DNA from: Lama glama
Lineage: Eukaryota
Direction: 5' to 3'
Assembly (NCBI GenBank): GCA_028534125.1
Contig: CM052832.1
Location: 23,128,001-23,192,000, forward strand
DNA: 64,000 nucleotides
Positions 22,200 through 34,881 of this stretch are shown piece by piece. Position 1 is the stretch's first letter. Every line of letters begins with the position of its first letter. A program made the position numbers and the translations under genes. The notes beneath the pieces are model-generated. The model saw nothing but the letters and a program-made list of their open reading frames with translations. It ran no database searches and was not told the DNA's origin.

Positions 22200-24400
22200 A
22201 AAATGGTATTTCTACCGTATTTCAAATTCCAATTCCACCTCCCTGTCAAAATCCTAAGCTCTCTTATGGCTACTGGTAATTTCAAAGACCAGGACCTACT
22301 ACAACACCCCCAAGATTGTGGAAAAGAGAGTCAAGACATGTTTTTTTCCCAAATGCTCTCAGTAAAAGGATCAGCTAAGAGTTCATGGGGAAATCTCAAC
22401 TTCTTACAACAACCTGTGAGAGATGCTTTTCAAGGAGAAGGGTTATTAGCATCCCAACTTCACCACTTTCACTACTGTCCTGCTATCTTGTGAAGCAACT
22501 GAAAGGAGCCATAATCTAGAGATGCATCCTGGAAAGACTATATGGCACTGACTGGCCTCACACATGGGAATCCAAAGGTACAATGTAATAGGGGATGCTA
22601 TGATTGTGTAATGCAGTTTTATTGGAGCCACAGGGCAATAAAACTAATGCTGTGCTGAATAAGAGAGAATAACAAAATAAAGAAGAATAAAAAGCCATTA
22701 AATTCTGGGACTCTACAAGGTTTCTCTCCCAATGAGCCACTCCAAGTGTCAACATGGAAGGTCGGTTCTCCAAAAGTTAGCACTATGTTGTAACCAGTCA
22801 CCTATCTCCTGAGGGGAAAAAATCAGCCAACAAATCCATTATGCCTTGTCTTCCTCCAGAAGTTTCCTTGGTATCAGAAGCCAGAAAACTCTACAAAAGA
22901 CTTACAGAGTATACTGGTGCCTCATTAGAAGTCCCTGCAAAAGGCCAGTCTTGGTATTTTCCTGAACCAGACAACAAATGGGCAAATCAAAGCAGGGCAT
23001 GGTCCCTCTTCCATAGACGCCTTCCTCCTCACCCACTATCAAGCCCATTCTAGCACCCCTGGTTTATTTCCAGATTTCCCTGCAAATAAACTGAAACTCC
23101 CAGCTAATTCTCACACTTTGTTGGAAAGTTGGCCTCAATGGTACTATTTATGTTACCATCCAAGAGACTGTTCACCTCTAAACCTGGGCATTTATCCTAA
23201 GAAGGAGGGGGCGGAATCCCTTACATGAAGCATACGGGCTGCGAAAGGGGAAAATAGCTTTATTTTCCCTTGATTGTTTGAATGGAAGAGATCACCTAAC
23301 CAAGATCCCTCAATGATAAATGTCATAGTTCTTGTCTTTGATTTGGGACAGTTCCACAGAAGACTCTTGTTTCATTGTTTTTTAATCTAGGTTAATTTCC
23401 TAGCCCAGCTCTCTTTGAATCCCTCGCAATACTTTCATATTCTCCCTCTGGCCTCCCATAAAGAGGACTATCCTGAAGGCCTACCTGGCAGTCTGCCCAC
23501 TCTCTCTGGCCAAAAGGCCTACAGACTGTGGCTGGTACATCCCCTGAAGACAGAGCAGAAGAAGGGGCTGGACCTGTCCTTGGTGGCAGCTGGTTCAAAC
23601 TTTACAGGCAGCTGTCAACAGTCTCCTATTTGAAGCTGCGGCAAAGGCAGCGATTCCGATATCCTCTTCATCAACCAGCTCTATCTCACATCTCCTTCTG
23701 GACCACACTGTTTTCGTCACAGAGATCATGGAGACAGCAGTTTCACAGTAACTAGGATCCTTCCGGGCCACCCAATCTCAATGAGAACAGGATGCCAGCT
23801 GCTCCATTGCCAGAAACATCTCCTTGGCATCCCTTCCTCCTTGGCATTCTTTCTCTCTCCCAGATCCTATCCTGTCCTTCTAGCCACTGAAATCACTAAG
23901 TCAGGCTGAGACCAAGTAGACAAATTCTCATTTATCCAAAAGCCATGGTTATTTATTTACCTGGCTGACTGGGAACAGCCCCAGCTCTGGTGCTGGGTAA
24001 TCAGTCGTTCTCAGTGACCCTATGGTTGAGGATAGGTTTCAGAGATTATCTGATCTCTTTTTGCTTCAGTTCTCTCCCTCTTGACAGCTCACATAGTGTC
24101 ATAGGTTCCTCTGGCCCACTGGACACCTCCAATGCCCAGCAATCATGATCCTGGGATCTCTTCAACTCCAAGGACTGTCAAATTCAGGATCTGGAGATCA
24201 CCTTCTTGATGGCACTGTTCATGGGACAGCCTTCTTTGGGAAGGAAACTTCTAGGTTCTCTCAGAATCACTTCCCCTTCTGATTTCTTATTCCTCCCCTC
24301 TTCTCTTTCTAGGACCTTGAAAGAACAATACACTGGAGAGGAGTTTCCAAAAAATGCTCCCATATTTGTCTCCTGACAAAAACAGGGCACTCACCTGGCA
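22200..24400 (-). mobile_element. Highly decayed ancient LINE with APE-endonuclease remnants (RTE-X/L4-like, or CR1/L2 clade)
   Basis: Manual minus-strand translation with frameshifts gives ordered motifs NYDI..SWLGD (~23330-23290), VYL (~23090), AG[DF]N (~22940-22925) and GEPTF (~22770-22755). Boundaries are uncertain. Confidence 0.45.
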
Positions 24401-24699
24401 ATGTGAGAAATCATACCTCTCACTTCTCTGATTCCAAGAGCCAGAAAAGAAATGTAGTAATAAAATCTAATTATGGAAAGGCAAGCCACTGCCTGAAAGA
24501 CCACGCTGATCCAACTGTGCTGCTCAAGATCCAAGAAATCAGTTTCCTTACTACCCCCACTTCCATTTTCTCTTCTTATCCTTAGTCAAACTTACCATAA
24601 TGTAACATTTTAATGTTACTAGGGGTAAAGGGTATTTTTAAACTCCATTCCCCTCCCAATGACTCAAAATAAGGACAATGTGTTGAAAAAAAAAAAAAG

Positions 24700-24860
24700 T
24701 CTCCCCATTCCCTTGAGCCAATCCACCCAGTCCCATGACTACTTCACTCCAGGAAGAAAGCCAGACTTGATGGAAGTGAGGCCTGTGAACCCACAAGTAC
24801 TGGGTAGAGCAGAGAGTGGAGCAACAGGATTTCAAACCCACCCCCTCTTCCCTTCCCTTT
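24700..24860 (-). mobile_element. MIR fragment
   Basis: GGAAGTGAGGCCTGTGAACCCACAAGTACTGGGTAGAGCAGAGAGTGGAGCAACAGGATTTCAAACCC. Confidence 0.5.
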
Positions 24861-26469
24861 AGACTTCGAAGTGCCTAAGGCACCACTTTAATCCCTGATA
24901 GATACAGAAAGGAGTCCTTGGAAGAAAAGAAACAGGAAAAGACCATAAAGAAAGAGCTTGATTGTATTTAAGAAACAGTCATTCTAATAGCTCTCTGCCT
25001 GCAGGCTCTGCCATCCTGTCCCTATCTAGGGGAGGAAATGACCAGCCCTTTCCAGTGTGCTGAGCGAGCAGCCCCCAGGCATCAACACATCAGAACAAAG
25101 TAGCCCTGGGATGCCAGCAGAGCAGACACAGGGTCATCCTGCAGAAAAAAATGTCAAAGGCAACACCTGGCTCTCTGCCTAGGCTAACTAGCATGTGGCA
25201 AATTGGCAGAATTGGTGGTGAAGCCTGGGGAGTTATCATGTCCAGCAAAGAAAGACTTGGCCAGTTACCATGTCAGTATGTGATCAATCAGCCAGGGTGA
25301 AACATGCATTAAGACCTGTCCTTGGGACCTGGTTGGTGACTGAAGAAATAGCTCAGACTCGTACAAGAGGGAACCTGTCCCAGCCTAGGGTGATGTGATA
25401 CATAAACATCCTCCATAGCTAAGAGAAGGAAATGTGACAATACGACCTGCAGAAGGCATTTTTATAGCAAAGATAGCACAATACTTTTGCCATGTAATAA
25501 GACACTGGAAAATGTTGGCGCCTATAGCTTCTTGTGAAATAGAAGCAAATAATTCAATTTAGGCATGAAAACCTAAAAAAAATTTAAATGTACAAAGACT
25601 CAGGATAAGGATGAGACTTGCCTCTAGCTATCCCTGGCTTGAAGACTGTATTGATTTTTAATTAAGTGGGAGTATTATGCCATGATACCGGTATTATTTA
25701 GACCTAAATTAATCAATGAATAAACCAGTAGAGTTTGCTGCTACTGTTTTTGGAGGGCCTTCTTGAATAATTATTTTCACTCTTTACTTTAGTGCCAGAT
25801 TATGGAATAACTCTTCACTGCTGCCACCAGCACCACCACCACCACCACGTGTTCAACAGTTTTTGCCCAATCTTGGTGCCCTTGTGTACAGGCTGACAGA
25901 ACCAGTGTATATACACCTGCACACATGGACCCAAAAAGAGGCCACAGCCTGTTCCAGTCTTGTCAAATACTCTAGTATTAGAAAACACTTGGAAGGACTA
26001 GGGGTGGAAACGCGATTTTGATCTCCCAGAGCCGCTGATGACGATGCTAAATGTCCATGGTTCCAGTATCAGAATTGCCCAAGCTAACTGAAGGGGCCAA
26101 CGGAAGAGCTCATGAGTTCTGGGCAGCGGTGGAGGGAAAACCATCACAACCTCAAGGTTTCAGACCCCGAGGAACCTAGATTAAGTGGAGTTGAAGGACT
26201 AGCTGGACTAAATTTCCACGGCTCATACTGAATGGCCAGATGGAGAACTGAGTTGGCTCTAGCATTTTTTTCAATGCCGGAGGTTTGGTGGTAGGAATTT
26301 CTGAATCTTTGCTATTTGCCTAAGCTTGTCCAAACACACATATCACAGAATGAAGACTTAGGTCATAATAGTTTCCATTTCCTTAATGAAGATGAAGTGA
26401 CCACTTCTAGGAAGGTGGAAGTATGTGACATTTGTATTAAATTAAACTTAACTTGTACATAAAAATAAA

Positions 26470-27830
26470 AACCCAGATCCTAAACAGAACTTATCCTCTT
26501 GGGGTCAGCCTGAATAAAAAAATTGACAGTGGCATTGACTTTTACTTGGTGCATAAATAAAAATGAGGAATGCCATTCCCTCCCTACATTTTGTCCCTTG
26601 TTTCTTGGCTTCCTCTCTTCACAGTTTGCTCTTTCTACTGCATTAGGTTAATAGATGATTATTTTCATGAAAGCAAAACTGCTCAAAGCTTCAGAAATCT
26701 TGCAAGAAATTGTTGTTGTGATTCAATCTTTCAAACTTTGCCATGTTAATAATCCCTTTAGACTCATAAAGAGCTTATTGGAACCAGAATTGGAATTAAT
26801 TGAATTTGTAGTCTCACCAAACAGAGACGGCAACTCTATTATTAGCAGTAAGATATTTATGGTAGGTTTTGATATTTTTGCATTTTTTATATTAAAGGGA
26901 CAGTATCAAATTAAGCACAAAGCAGCCTCAACTCTAGCCTTATGTTCTCATTCACAGTTACTTCTATGACTCAATCAAAAGCAGGATATAAACCATGTAT
27001 TTATTTAATGTCTTTATCTTTGTTACTAATGGCTCTAAATTTGTAACAACCAAGTCTTCTCATTCCACAGTTTATTTTTAGGCATTTTTATTTCCTATTG
27101 GAATTATGCGTGTTATGGAAGCCTTAATTTTTGTGTCCTGGTTCATTTTGCACTTAGGCATATTTTCCAACTGAGCTTCCTTTTCAGATTCTAAATCTTT
27201 ACACAGTTTGGCTTCACAATCTGGTAGAAATAGCAACTTCTAAATGCTAGGAACAGCTTGCACTGATATTTCTACTGCAGGATGTAACAGAATGGGCTCA
27301 GGGCCAAGAGACCTGAGTTCTGCTACCAGCTCACCAACAACCACTTGTGTGATTCCTCAGCATCAGTTTTTCCCTCTGTTTAAAATAATAACAATAATAA
27401 CACCACCACCAGGAGGAAGGATGGTTTTTAATATCACTGTCATCTTCAAACTTTTTCTGAGTCTCTGCTTTTCATGTTATAATTATGTGATGTTATAAAA
27501 TCCCTATAAATATCTCTCTCATTAGTGAATCATAAATAGCTCTTTTTTTCAAATTTATTGTACTCCTTATTATTGCTTTATGAGAGTGAGAAAGACTTTA
27601 CACAATCGCTTGTTGTCTGGCATAATGGCTTTGGTAAAGATTTCTGCCTTAGAATCTGATTTGCTTGTGTGTGTGTGCAGTGTGCGGAATATGTGTACCT
27701 ATGACAGGTACAGATTTGTATGTATGTTGGGGAAGATGGTTATAGTGAGGACAGAAGGATCACTATTTCTGAGCATTTTGTTTAAGCACTACCATCCTGA
27801 ATTTCAACAGATTTTTTTTAAATATTGAGG
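26470..27830 (-). mobile_element. Decayed hAT-superfamily (Tip100/Zaphod-like) transposase relic, interrupted by a MIR (~27290-27400)
   Basis: Minus-strand translation gives ordered remnants LPKPLCQT, RK*KMP, LYPAFD*VIE, RANCEER, GMAFLIFI and C-terminal VNATVNFFIQADPKRI*. These resemble the hAT catalytic and dimerization region. Confidence 0.45.
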
Positions 27831-29089
27831 AGACAGTTATATGCCTTGAGAATCAAAATTATATCCTACTCTTCATGGTGCTCATAGATGGTCAATAATC
27901 ATATAAATAAGCCAATTTTAGCAATCATTTTTAGTCATGAACTCTTATAGTGAGCATCTGTTAAGGGATCAGCCTTGGCAGTGTGTGTTATAGCTAAGTC
28001 CCAGTTCCTTATCCTTGAGAAGTTAATACCCCAGTTGAGGAGATACAGAATCACGGAATGTTAGGGCTGGAAGAATTATCAAAGTTTTAGGCCAACCTCT
28101 ATCCCATGAAATCATTATAAGGATTCAATTCTTTAACTCAAAAGAGATAATCTTACAGAGGAAAATCCAGGCACATTGCAAGGACAGGGCAGATTGGAAG
28201 CATGGCCATTTATTCTCTCCCTCCATCGTTCAACCAGATCTGTACCAAGTTTATTAGTGAGGTTTGTAAAAATAAGAAAATAATATTTGTATCATAACCC
28301 CACTGAACTTAAAAGATGGGGCTAATATGCATTGATAAAACACATCCCCCTACATTTCCACTCTCTCAAAAAGTCAAAGAAAATCAGTTTCTATGATAGA
28401 CTGATTTGTTGTGAAGACCAGGTTAACGAGGCAAGGGTGACTGTGGACTGGAGAAACGACTGCCTTAGCTGAGTAATTCCACGTAGTTGCCCTCCCTCTC
28501 GTGGTCAAAGTAGAGAAGGCAGCTCTCTGTTCCAGTCTTTAAAACAGTCTGGATGGAAGAAGGAATAGGGGTTACCCACCCCCAAAGTTTTGACTGTCTG
28601 TTTCAGAACCTCAGTGCTAAGTTATAGAACAAGTTGCCTTACAGAGACTTCTTAATTAGAACATCTTGCTTGTTTATTCTGATCATGGCACTTACAAAAG
28701 AACATATGTCTTTGAAACTCTTCTTGGCAAGACTTTTCCAATGTTTACCAAATCTATTTTGTATCCCATGCTAATAATAGTCCATTGGGTCCCCAGGCAG
28801 AGCGATGAAGACTGAGGACTTCTTGTTTCTTCTATTACTCAGTATTCTGCCTTCATAGCGTGAAAGACCTCTCAGTTCCTGTGAAAGGACTAAAACAGAG
28901 CTCCAAGTTTCCCAAATGCTGTTATTTTGGGAAACGTTTATTTCAAGAGCTAAATTGTAATCTTTTAACAAATCAACATTGAGTAATGCTCTGTACTTTG
29001 TTATACACACTTTAAATGAGTCCTTTTAAAAGAAACTTTCAAATGAGTGGTAAACCATTTTCTATAATGTCCATAATATAATTCCATCC

Positions 29090-29220
29090 TCTAGAGCCAT
29101 GGCATTTTAGCTCAGGAAGGTACTGTAAAGGTACACTCTAATTTGAGAGGATGGAAGTGATGCCCAGGGTTGGTAATAACTGGTTCAAGGTCACACAGCT
29201 CGAGTCTCCCCACTGTAACA
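29090..29220 (-). mobile_element. MIR fragment
   Basis: GGAAGTGATGCCCAGGGTTGGTAATAACTGGTTCAAGGTCACACAGCT. Confidence 0.6.
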
Positions 29221-29799
29221 CCACGACCATGCGATGTAATTAAAAATAAACTGAGAGTGAGTGTTCGCCCGTGCACTTTCTGTCACCAACATAACAATGA
29301 CAAACAAGTAATCAATTGTTTGTTGACATAGGAATGAAAAACATGCTCAGTTTATTTCTTCACTCCTTAAGGCTGATTTTGGTCATCCAGAAGACACAGC
29401 TTCTATCATTCATTTTGGCATAAAGTTATATGGCAATTCATATAGGGATTGGGCAATTAACTGGTCAGGTTCAGTACTGGGCATCACCCAAGATCTGCTT
29501 AATTTAGTGAGTCTTCGGAAGTCCATCAGATGTTTGTTGTTGTGTGCAGAATACATGTTTGATATTAAACTTTTCTTTCTTTAAATCGTTGTGAACATAT
29601 AGTGAAGTCTTAAGAATGTTTATTCTCTTAATTGTGGTAGTTCTATAGCTCTCAGTGGCATAATCCTTCTTTGTAACTTATTTTATATACTTGGAATGAC
29701 TATTACCAGGTATTTCTCCTGCTTGGGAAACGTGACAATATAGCAACTATTTGTAAAAAGCTTTGAAATAGCACATAGAGGTGAGAAATGATCATTGAA

Positions 29800-30135
29800 A
29801 ATAACCAGCACACACTGACTGCTTAACTTGTGGCAGCCAGTATTCCAAATGCCTTATCTCTACCCACTCATTTATGTCATACAATAAACCTATAATGTAA
29901 CTACCACTGATAACCCCATTCAATAGAAATGTTCGCTTTCATCAGGGTATCTCCAAATTTTTAAACACACAATCTCACTAATTGTGATAATATTCTTGTG
30001 AGAATACTAAATGCTTCACTTTGTACTTTCTTATAATACCTATATCATACTCCTTCTGACACTGTATGTGCTTTAATTTTTTAATATCTATTGATGCCTT
30101 GAATTTCTTGAGGGCAGGTTATGTGCTTTGTTTCT
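29800..30135. mobile_element. Adjacent MIR (-) and L2 (+) fragments
   Basis: MIR-like AATAACCAGCACACACTGACTGCTTAAC...CCCCATT, followed by L2-like CCTTGAATTTCTTGAGGGCAGG. Confidence 0.5.
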
Positions 30136-30939
30136 TTGGAGTTTCTTATTATAAACAGATTTATTATTTGTAGTGTGTGGATTTTCTGAACAGAATTTGT
30201 TTCTTTATATCTAAATTTCCTACTGAAGTTTTATTAATCAAATGAAAGAGTTTTTACCATAAAGATCATTTATTTTCCAAAGAGGAAGGCAGAATTTCAC
30301 TGAAAGTTTATGAAACGGCAATTAAATTTAACTCTGAGGGTGCAGAACTGTTTTCTTCGGCTACAAAAGTACTTTGGACTTAGTCAGCACTGAGGAGAAA
30401 GCAGCTAGACAAAGTTCTCTGATGTGACTATGTATTCTTTGGAGGCAAAAAAAAAGTCACATGTGCTGGTGCCAGAAAATTTAACAAGAGTGAGCAGCAG
30501 TGGTGAGTCAGCACCTAAGGGGCAGGGCTGTAACTCTAGGAAATCTGAATTGAAGCCAAGCTTAGAGGTGTGATATATGTGTCAGGTTTCAGGGAACACC
30601 AAGACAGCCTCTCCCAAGACACAAAATACTTTGCATAAAATAATAGGCCACACATGTTACTAGGTTATTGTTATTTTGTAATCAATTTGCCAAAACTTGA
30701 ACTTACGTTTCCCCCGGAGCACAGGCACCTACCTATAAACACACGTAGTTCTTTCTGTTCACGATTTTGATGGCTTACAGACTGCGTCTTGGGAAGAGGA
30801 GGGATTATTTTGCATTCTACAGCTGGCTATGGCTACACGATTTCAAAATCCGGTTGAAAAGTGGGGGAGAAGTTTAGTCTAGTAAACAGATTATTCTACT
30901 CCACGGTATATTTGCGTCTTGCATCAATGAAACTTTCTG

Positions 30940-31340
30940 AGCAACTCCTCTAAGAGGGCTCTTGGTTAGAAATCACTGAGTAAGCAAAGTCCTGCCTTTT
31001 AAAACGTTTACAGCCTGAAGTCCTGGGAGACAAACAGCAAGGCCCAGTAAGGGTAATGGGCAGTAAATGGCGAGGGGCATGAGGAGCCATGGGACAGATT
31101 CAGGACAGCAGAGAAGGGAGACTGTCTCCAGCCGCAAGAATCCAGAAGGACTTCACAAAGAGGGTGAGCTCCTAGCTGATCATTGAAGAATCGTCAGAAA
31201 TTTTAATAGGTGAAGCTGGGAGAAGACCGTCTAGGTAGAGCTAACCACCAAAGCAGAGGCACAGAGAGGAGAATGCTTGGGGCATAGACAGGAAAAATCA
31301 TCACACTTGAGAGTGGTGGGACATGACAAGGGAAAAGTAA
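30940..31340 (-). mobile_element. L2 fragment
   Basis: AAGTCCTGCCTTTTAAAACGTTTACAGCCT...CAGAAGGACTTCACAAAGAGGGTGAG...GCAGAGGCACAGAG. Confidence 0.7.
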
Positions 31341-33289
31341 TTTTAGAGTCAGGCTAAATTTTTCCATTGGCTTTTACGGTGTTCTGTAGCCACAGCTGAA
31401 AACTCCTAAGAGCAAAGTCAGAGTGCAAGGCCCAGAAAGGAGCCCACGTGCAAGAGAAGTTCACACCGTTTGGACAGCGAGAGGCAGAACACCTTTCCAA
31501 ACAAGTTAAATTAAAGTTCTGGGGACGTTAATACAAACAAGGCAATTAGGACAAATGCTGCTTAGGACCCTGTCTCTGTCTCCTGAGACAGAGCAGAAGA
31601 CTCAGCTAATGATACCAAGCTGAACTCTGAAGAATTGGACAGGGGCATTTTAAATGGGGAAACTTTGACTCCAGAACTATCTCTAAATGACTAACTTTAT
31701 TGGTCCTTGGGGCACAAGGTCAAGACTCAGTTTTTTAATCTAGCCCTCTACAAGTATAATGAAGATGCTTATTATTTAGTGACGGAGAGCAAACACACCC
31801 AGTGGTTGGCAGACAATGAGAGCACCCTCCACTAATCAAAAATTAGAAATACCACATTGGAATGAGGGAGTCATGCCTTTCCTAGAAAAAAAGAAAAGTT
31901 TGTTTTTCACTTGATTTTTAAATAACTTAATTAGAGAACCCCCCATCCCACAAAGAAAAAAAAACCTAGATGCTATGTGAGCACGAGACACAGTTGGAAA
32001 ATTGAGGAGATCCTTAGTTGCAGTTTTTGTTCCAATGCTCTTTTTTCTGAAAATATTACTTTCCCTAACTGCAAGGGTATAAAACATTTAATATAAAAAA
32101 GAGTAAATGCTTGATCAAAAAGCATGAACAAGATTTTGAGGCCAATGTGTCATTTGTACAGCTCCAACCATGACCACTATTACTGAAAGTTCATACTAAG
32201 TCCAGTTGGCTCTGTTGTGTTCTGGGGGTCCTTTCCAAGTTTCAGAAGGACAGACTGCATCAGAATCTGAGATTACTTCCTACACATGGCACTTATTCCC
32301 TTTACTTCTTAGTACCATGGAGGCACTCAAGCTAGGTCGGTGTGTACGTTTCCACACTGCTGCCTTCGTTTCTGTATCTGTGTGGTCGGCATCCACATTC
32401 ATTTATCAAGCTCATAGCTTTGATCGTCTACTACGTGCCAGATACTCAATGTATTTGTTCATTACTTCTCTATTATTTTTATCATCCCAAATTCTGCAGA
32501 TATTCTTATTGACATAATTTGTGAGATAATTTTCAGGTGATCCAAGACGACACATTTTGTTCAAGGCAATACCTGATTGGGGAACAGCTGGAGAATGAGA
32601 AGGAGAGACAGATATACTAAGAGGTAAGAAAAACGGCCATGCCACCATTTTACACACAAGGATAGTGTTACCTTTTTTAAACAGAATTGCTCAAAAGCAC
32701 TGAATTTTGTCCCCTGGATTTAGCCTTAAACGCATAATTATTTCTTGGGAGCATCAGTTAAAGAACTCAATCTAATTATGATTTTATATTCAAGTAATCA
32801 TTGTATTGCCAAAGGTAATACTGGGTTAGCCTGAATTATCTGCCATCAAGATAGGGAAGAAAGCACTGCCTTCCCTGCATCTACACACAATGAAGTGAAA
32901 TAAAAATCTGGCAGTGAGCTGCTTTGTTTACTGATCAATGTAGAGGACCACACAAGAGGAAGTTTCAAGGTAAGATGATTTTCTGCCCGGATAGAATAAA
33001 CTGATGACTCCCCAACTTTCTCCTTCATAATCTCAGAGCTAGAGCTAATACTCATCCTAGCCAGGTTTGTTAATAAATATACAATTAATGTGTTAACTAT
33101 TCTTATAGCCCTTTTCTCACAAAAAGATAAAACGGCTCAAAAAAACTGAACAATCTCAGTTTCTTAGATATTTGTTTCCAAAAGACAAAATCAAGAATTA
33201 GATATGATCAAGGAAAAATGGATACGTTCCCAAAAAGTGTGGTGTGGTGCTATAAGTGGCCAGTGACTTTCAAATATGTTATTAGTAAC

Positions 33290-33540
33290 TGTGAACACAA
33301 GTTATTGAATGCCTACTATATGTAGCATTGGGGTGGGGGGAACATATTCACCTGCTCGTTTAGCAAATTTGACAGCCAATTATGTTCCAGATTCTGCTGT
33401 GCTAGAGGCTGGGGAAATAGAAGACGATCTTAATTTTTGAAAGGATTTCAGGCTGATTGGAGACTAGAATACAGACCACATTGCAATTAACAGAGGAGAG
33501 ACATAGACAATAAACATTTCAGGACTTCTGAGGAAGTATT
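33290..33540 (-). mobile_element. L2 3' fragments
   Basis: TTATTGAATGCCTACTATATG and TATGTTCCAG...GTGCTAGAGGCTGGGGAAATAG. Confidence 0.6.
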
Positions 33541-34803
33541 CCAAGACCCACAAGCTGAGAACAATTCTGTGTGCAAAGTGAGACTAGGCCTCAATGGGCG
33601 GGCAAAAAAGACCCTGCTCTACTCTGCCTCCCTCCACCTGCTCCCCACTTCACCACAAAGTGAAGTATGCTCCCCCTTGAATTTTGTTTTCATCATATGA
33701 GGAATTTCAAGGTTCTTCTCCAACTGTCCCCACACCCTCTGGCAGGGAGGCCTGAGCCATGACAAAGGAAGAACAAGAGAGAAACTGACTAGCAAGTCAA
33801 AAATGGAAGAAAAAAGGCTTTTGAGGACTACTATCTGCTCACCCATCCGAACTCATGAATTCTCTGATGAAAATGAAGAAGAAATGAGTAAAAAAGCAAA
33901 TCAAAATGGTTTATAAACTTACATCCTGGGGACAAGAATAGGCGTTTGTGAAATTTGGGATTACAGCAAAAGTCAAAATAAAAATTGCAAAACAATTAAA
34001 AAATACAAATTGCAAAACATCAGGATAAAGATTGAAATCCCAGTGCAAACTTTTCAACCATAGCAAAGAAAAACTAAACAAAAGAATTATGAAAGAGACA
34101 AAAATTTTTAAGACAGAGACAAAGTAAATGTTACATGGCGGAGGAAATTTGAAATGGAAATTTTAAGAGGAAGCACAGTGAAACCTGTGGGCAGAGCTAA
34201 ACTCGGCTCATATCCCTCCCAATCGTTTCTGAGAAAAACTTAAGGAAAAGAATCGGCATTCATCAACTCAGAGTCCAGGAAACCAGTGCCTGTGGCCCAC
34301 CAATAGGCCAAAAAAAGCAAGAACACTTCAGATTTAAAGGGTTCAAGTCCACCATGAGAATTCTGAATGAAGAGCAGAACTCAAATCAAAAATAGAAGTA
34401 AGCAGCAAAACTGGTCCATCACTGTTGACTCAATTATACATTTTCAAGTGTTAAAAACAGCAAGGGGAAGGAAACTTAAAAAAATAAATAAATAAAAGCA
34501 AATGCCAACTGAATTTAAAAAGACAAATTCCAACCAAAAAGAGGAAAACAATCTGCTGATTCAAATGTAATTAATTAGGAAAGATTGGTTTGTTGAGGAG
34601 CAGAGTACTCTGGAAACCCCTTAGCAACAGTGAAAACTATACAGATAGCAGGTCACTGGAGGGCAATGATTCTGATGGTAGCAAAGAGAATTGCAGGTAC
34701 TTTGAAGGGACACACGTGGAGTAGCGGGATCTGTATGTAGTCTGTCCCCAGCCTGAGAACTCCAAGTCTTACAGAGGGATAGTTTTTTCAAGTTGATTTG
34801 TAT

Positions 34804-34826
34804 TCTCTCTCTCTCTCACACACACA

Positions 34827-34878
<52 letters not shown>
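34804..34878. repeat. Compound microsatellite (TC)n(CA)n(TC)n(CA)n
   Basis: Read directly. Confidence 0.95.

Positions 34879-34881
<3 letters not shown>

Noticed and set aside
26655..26969. 104-aa plus-strand ORF
   Set aside because: No recognisable product. Better explained as the antisense shadow of a decayed hAT transposase.
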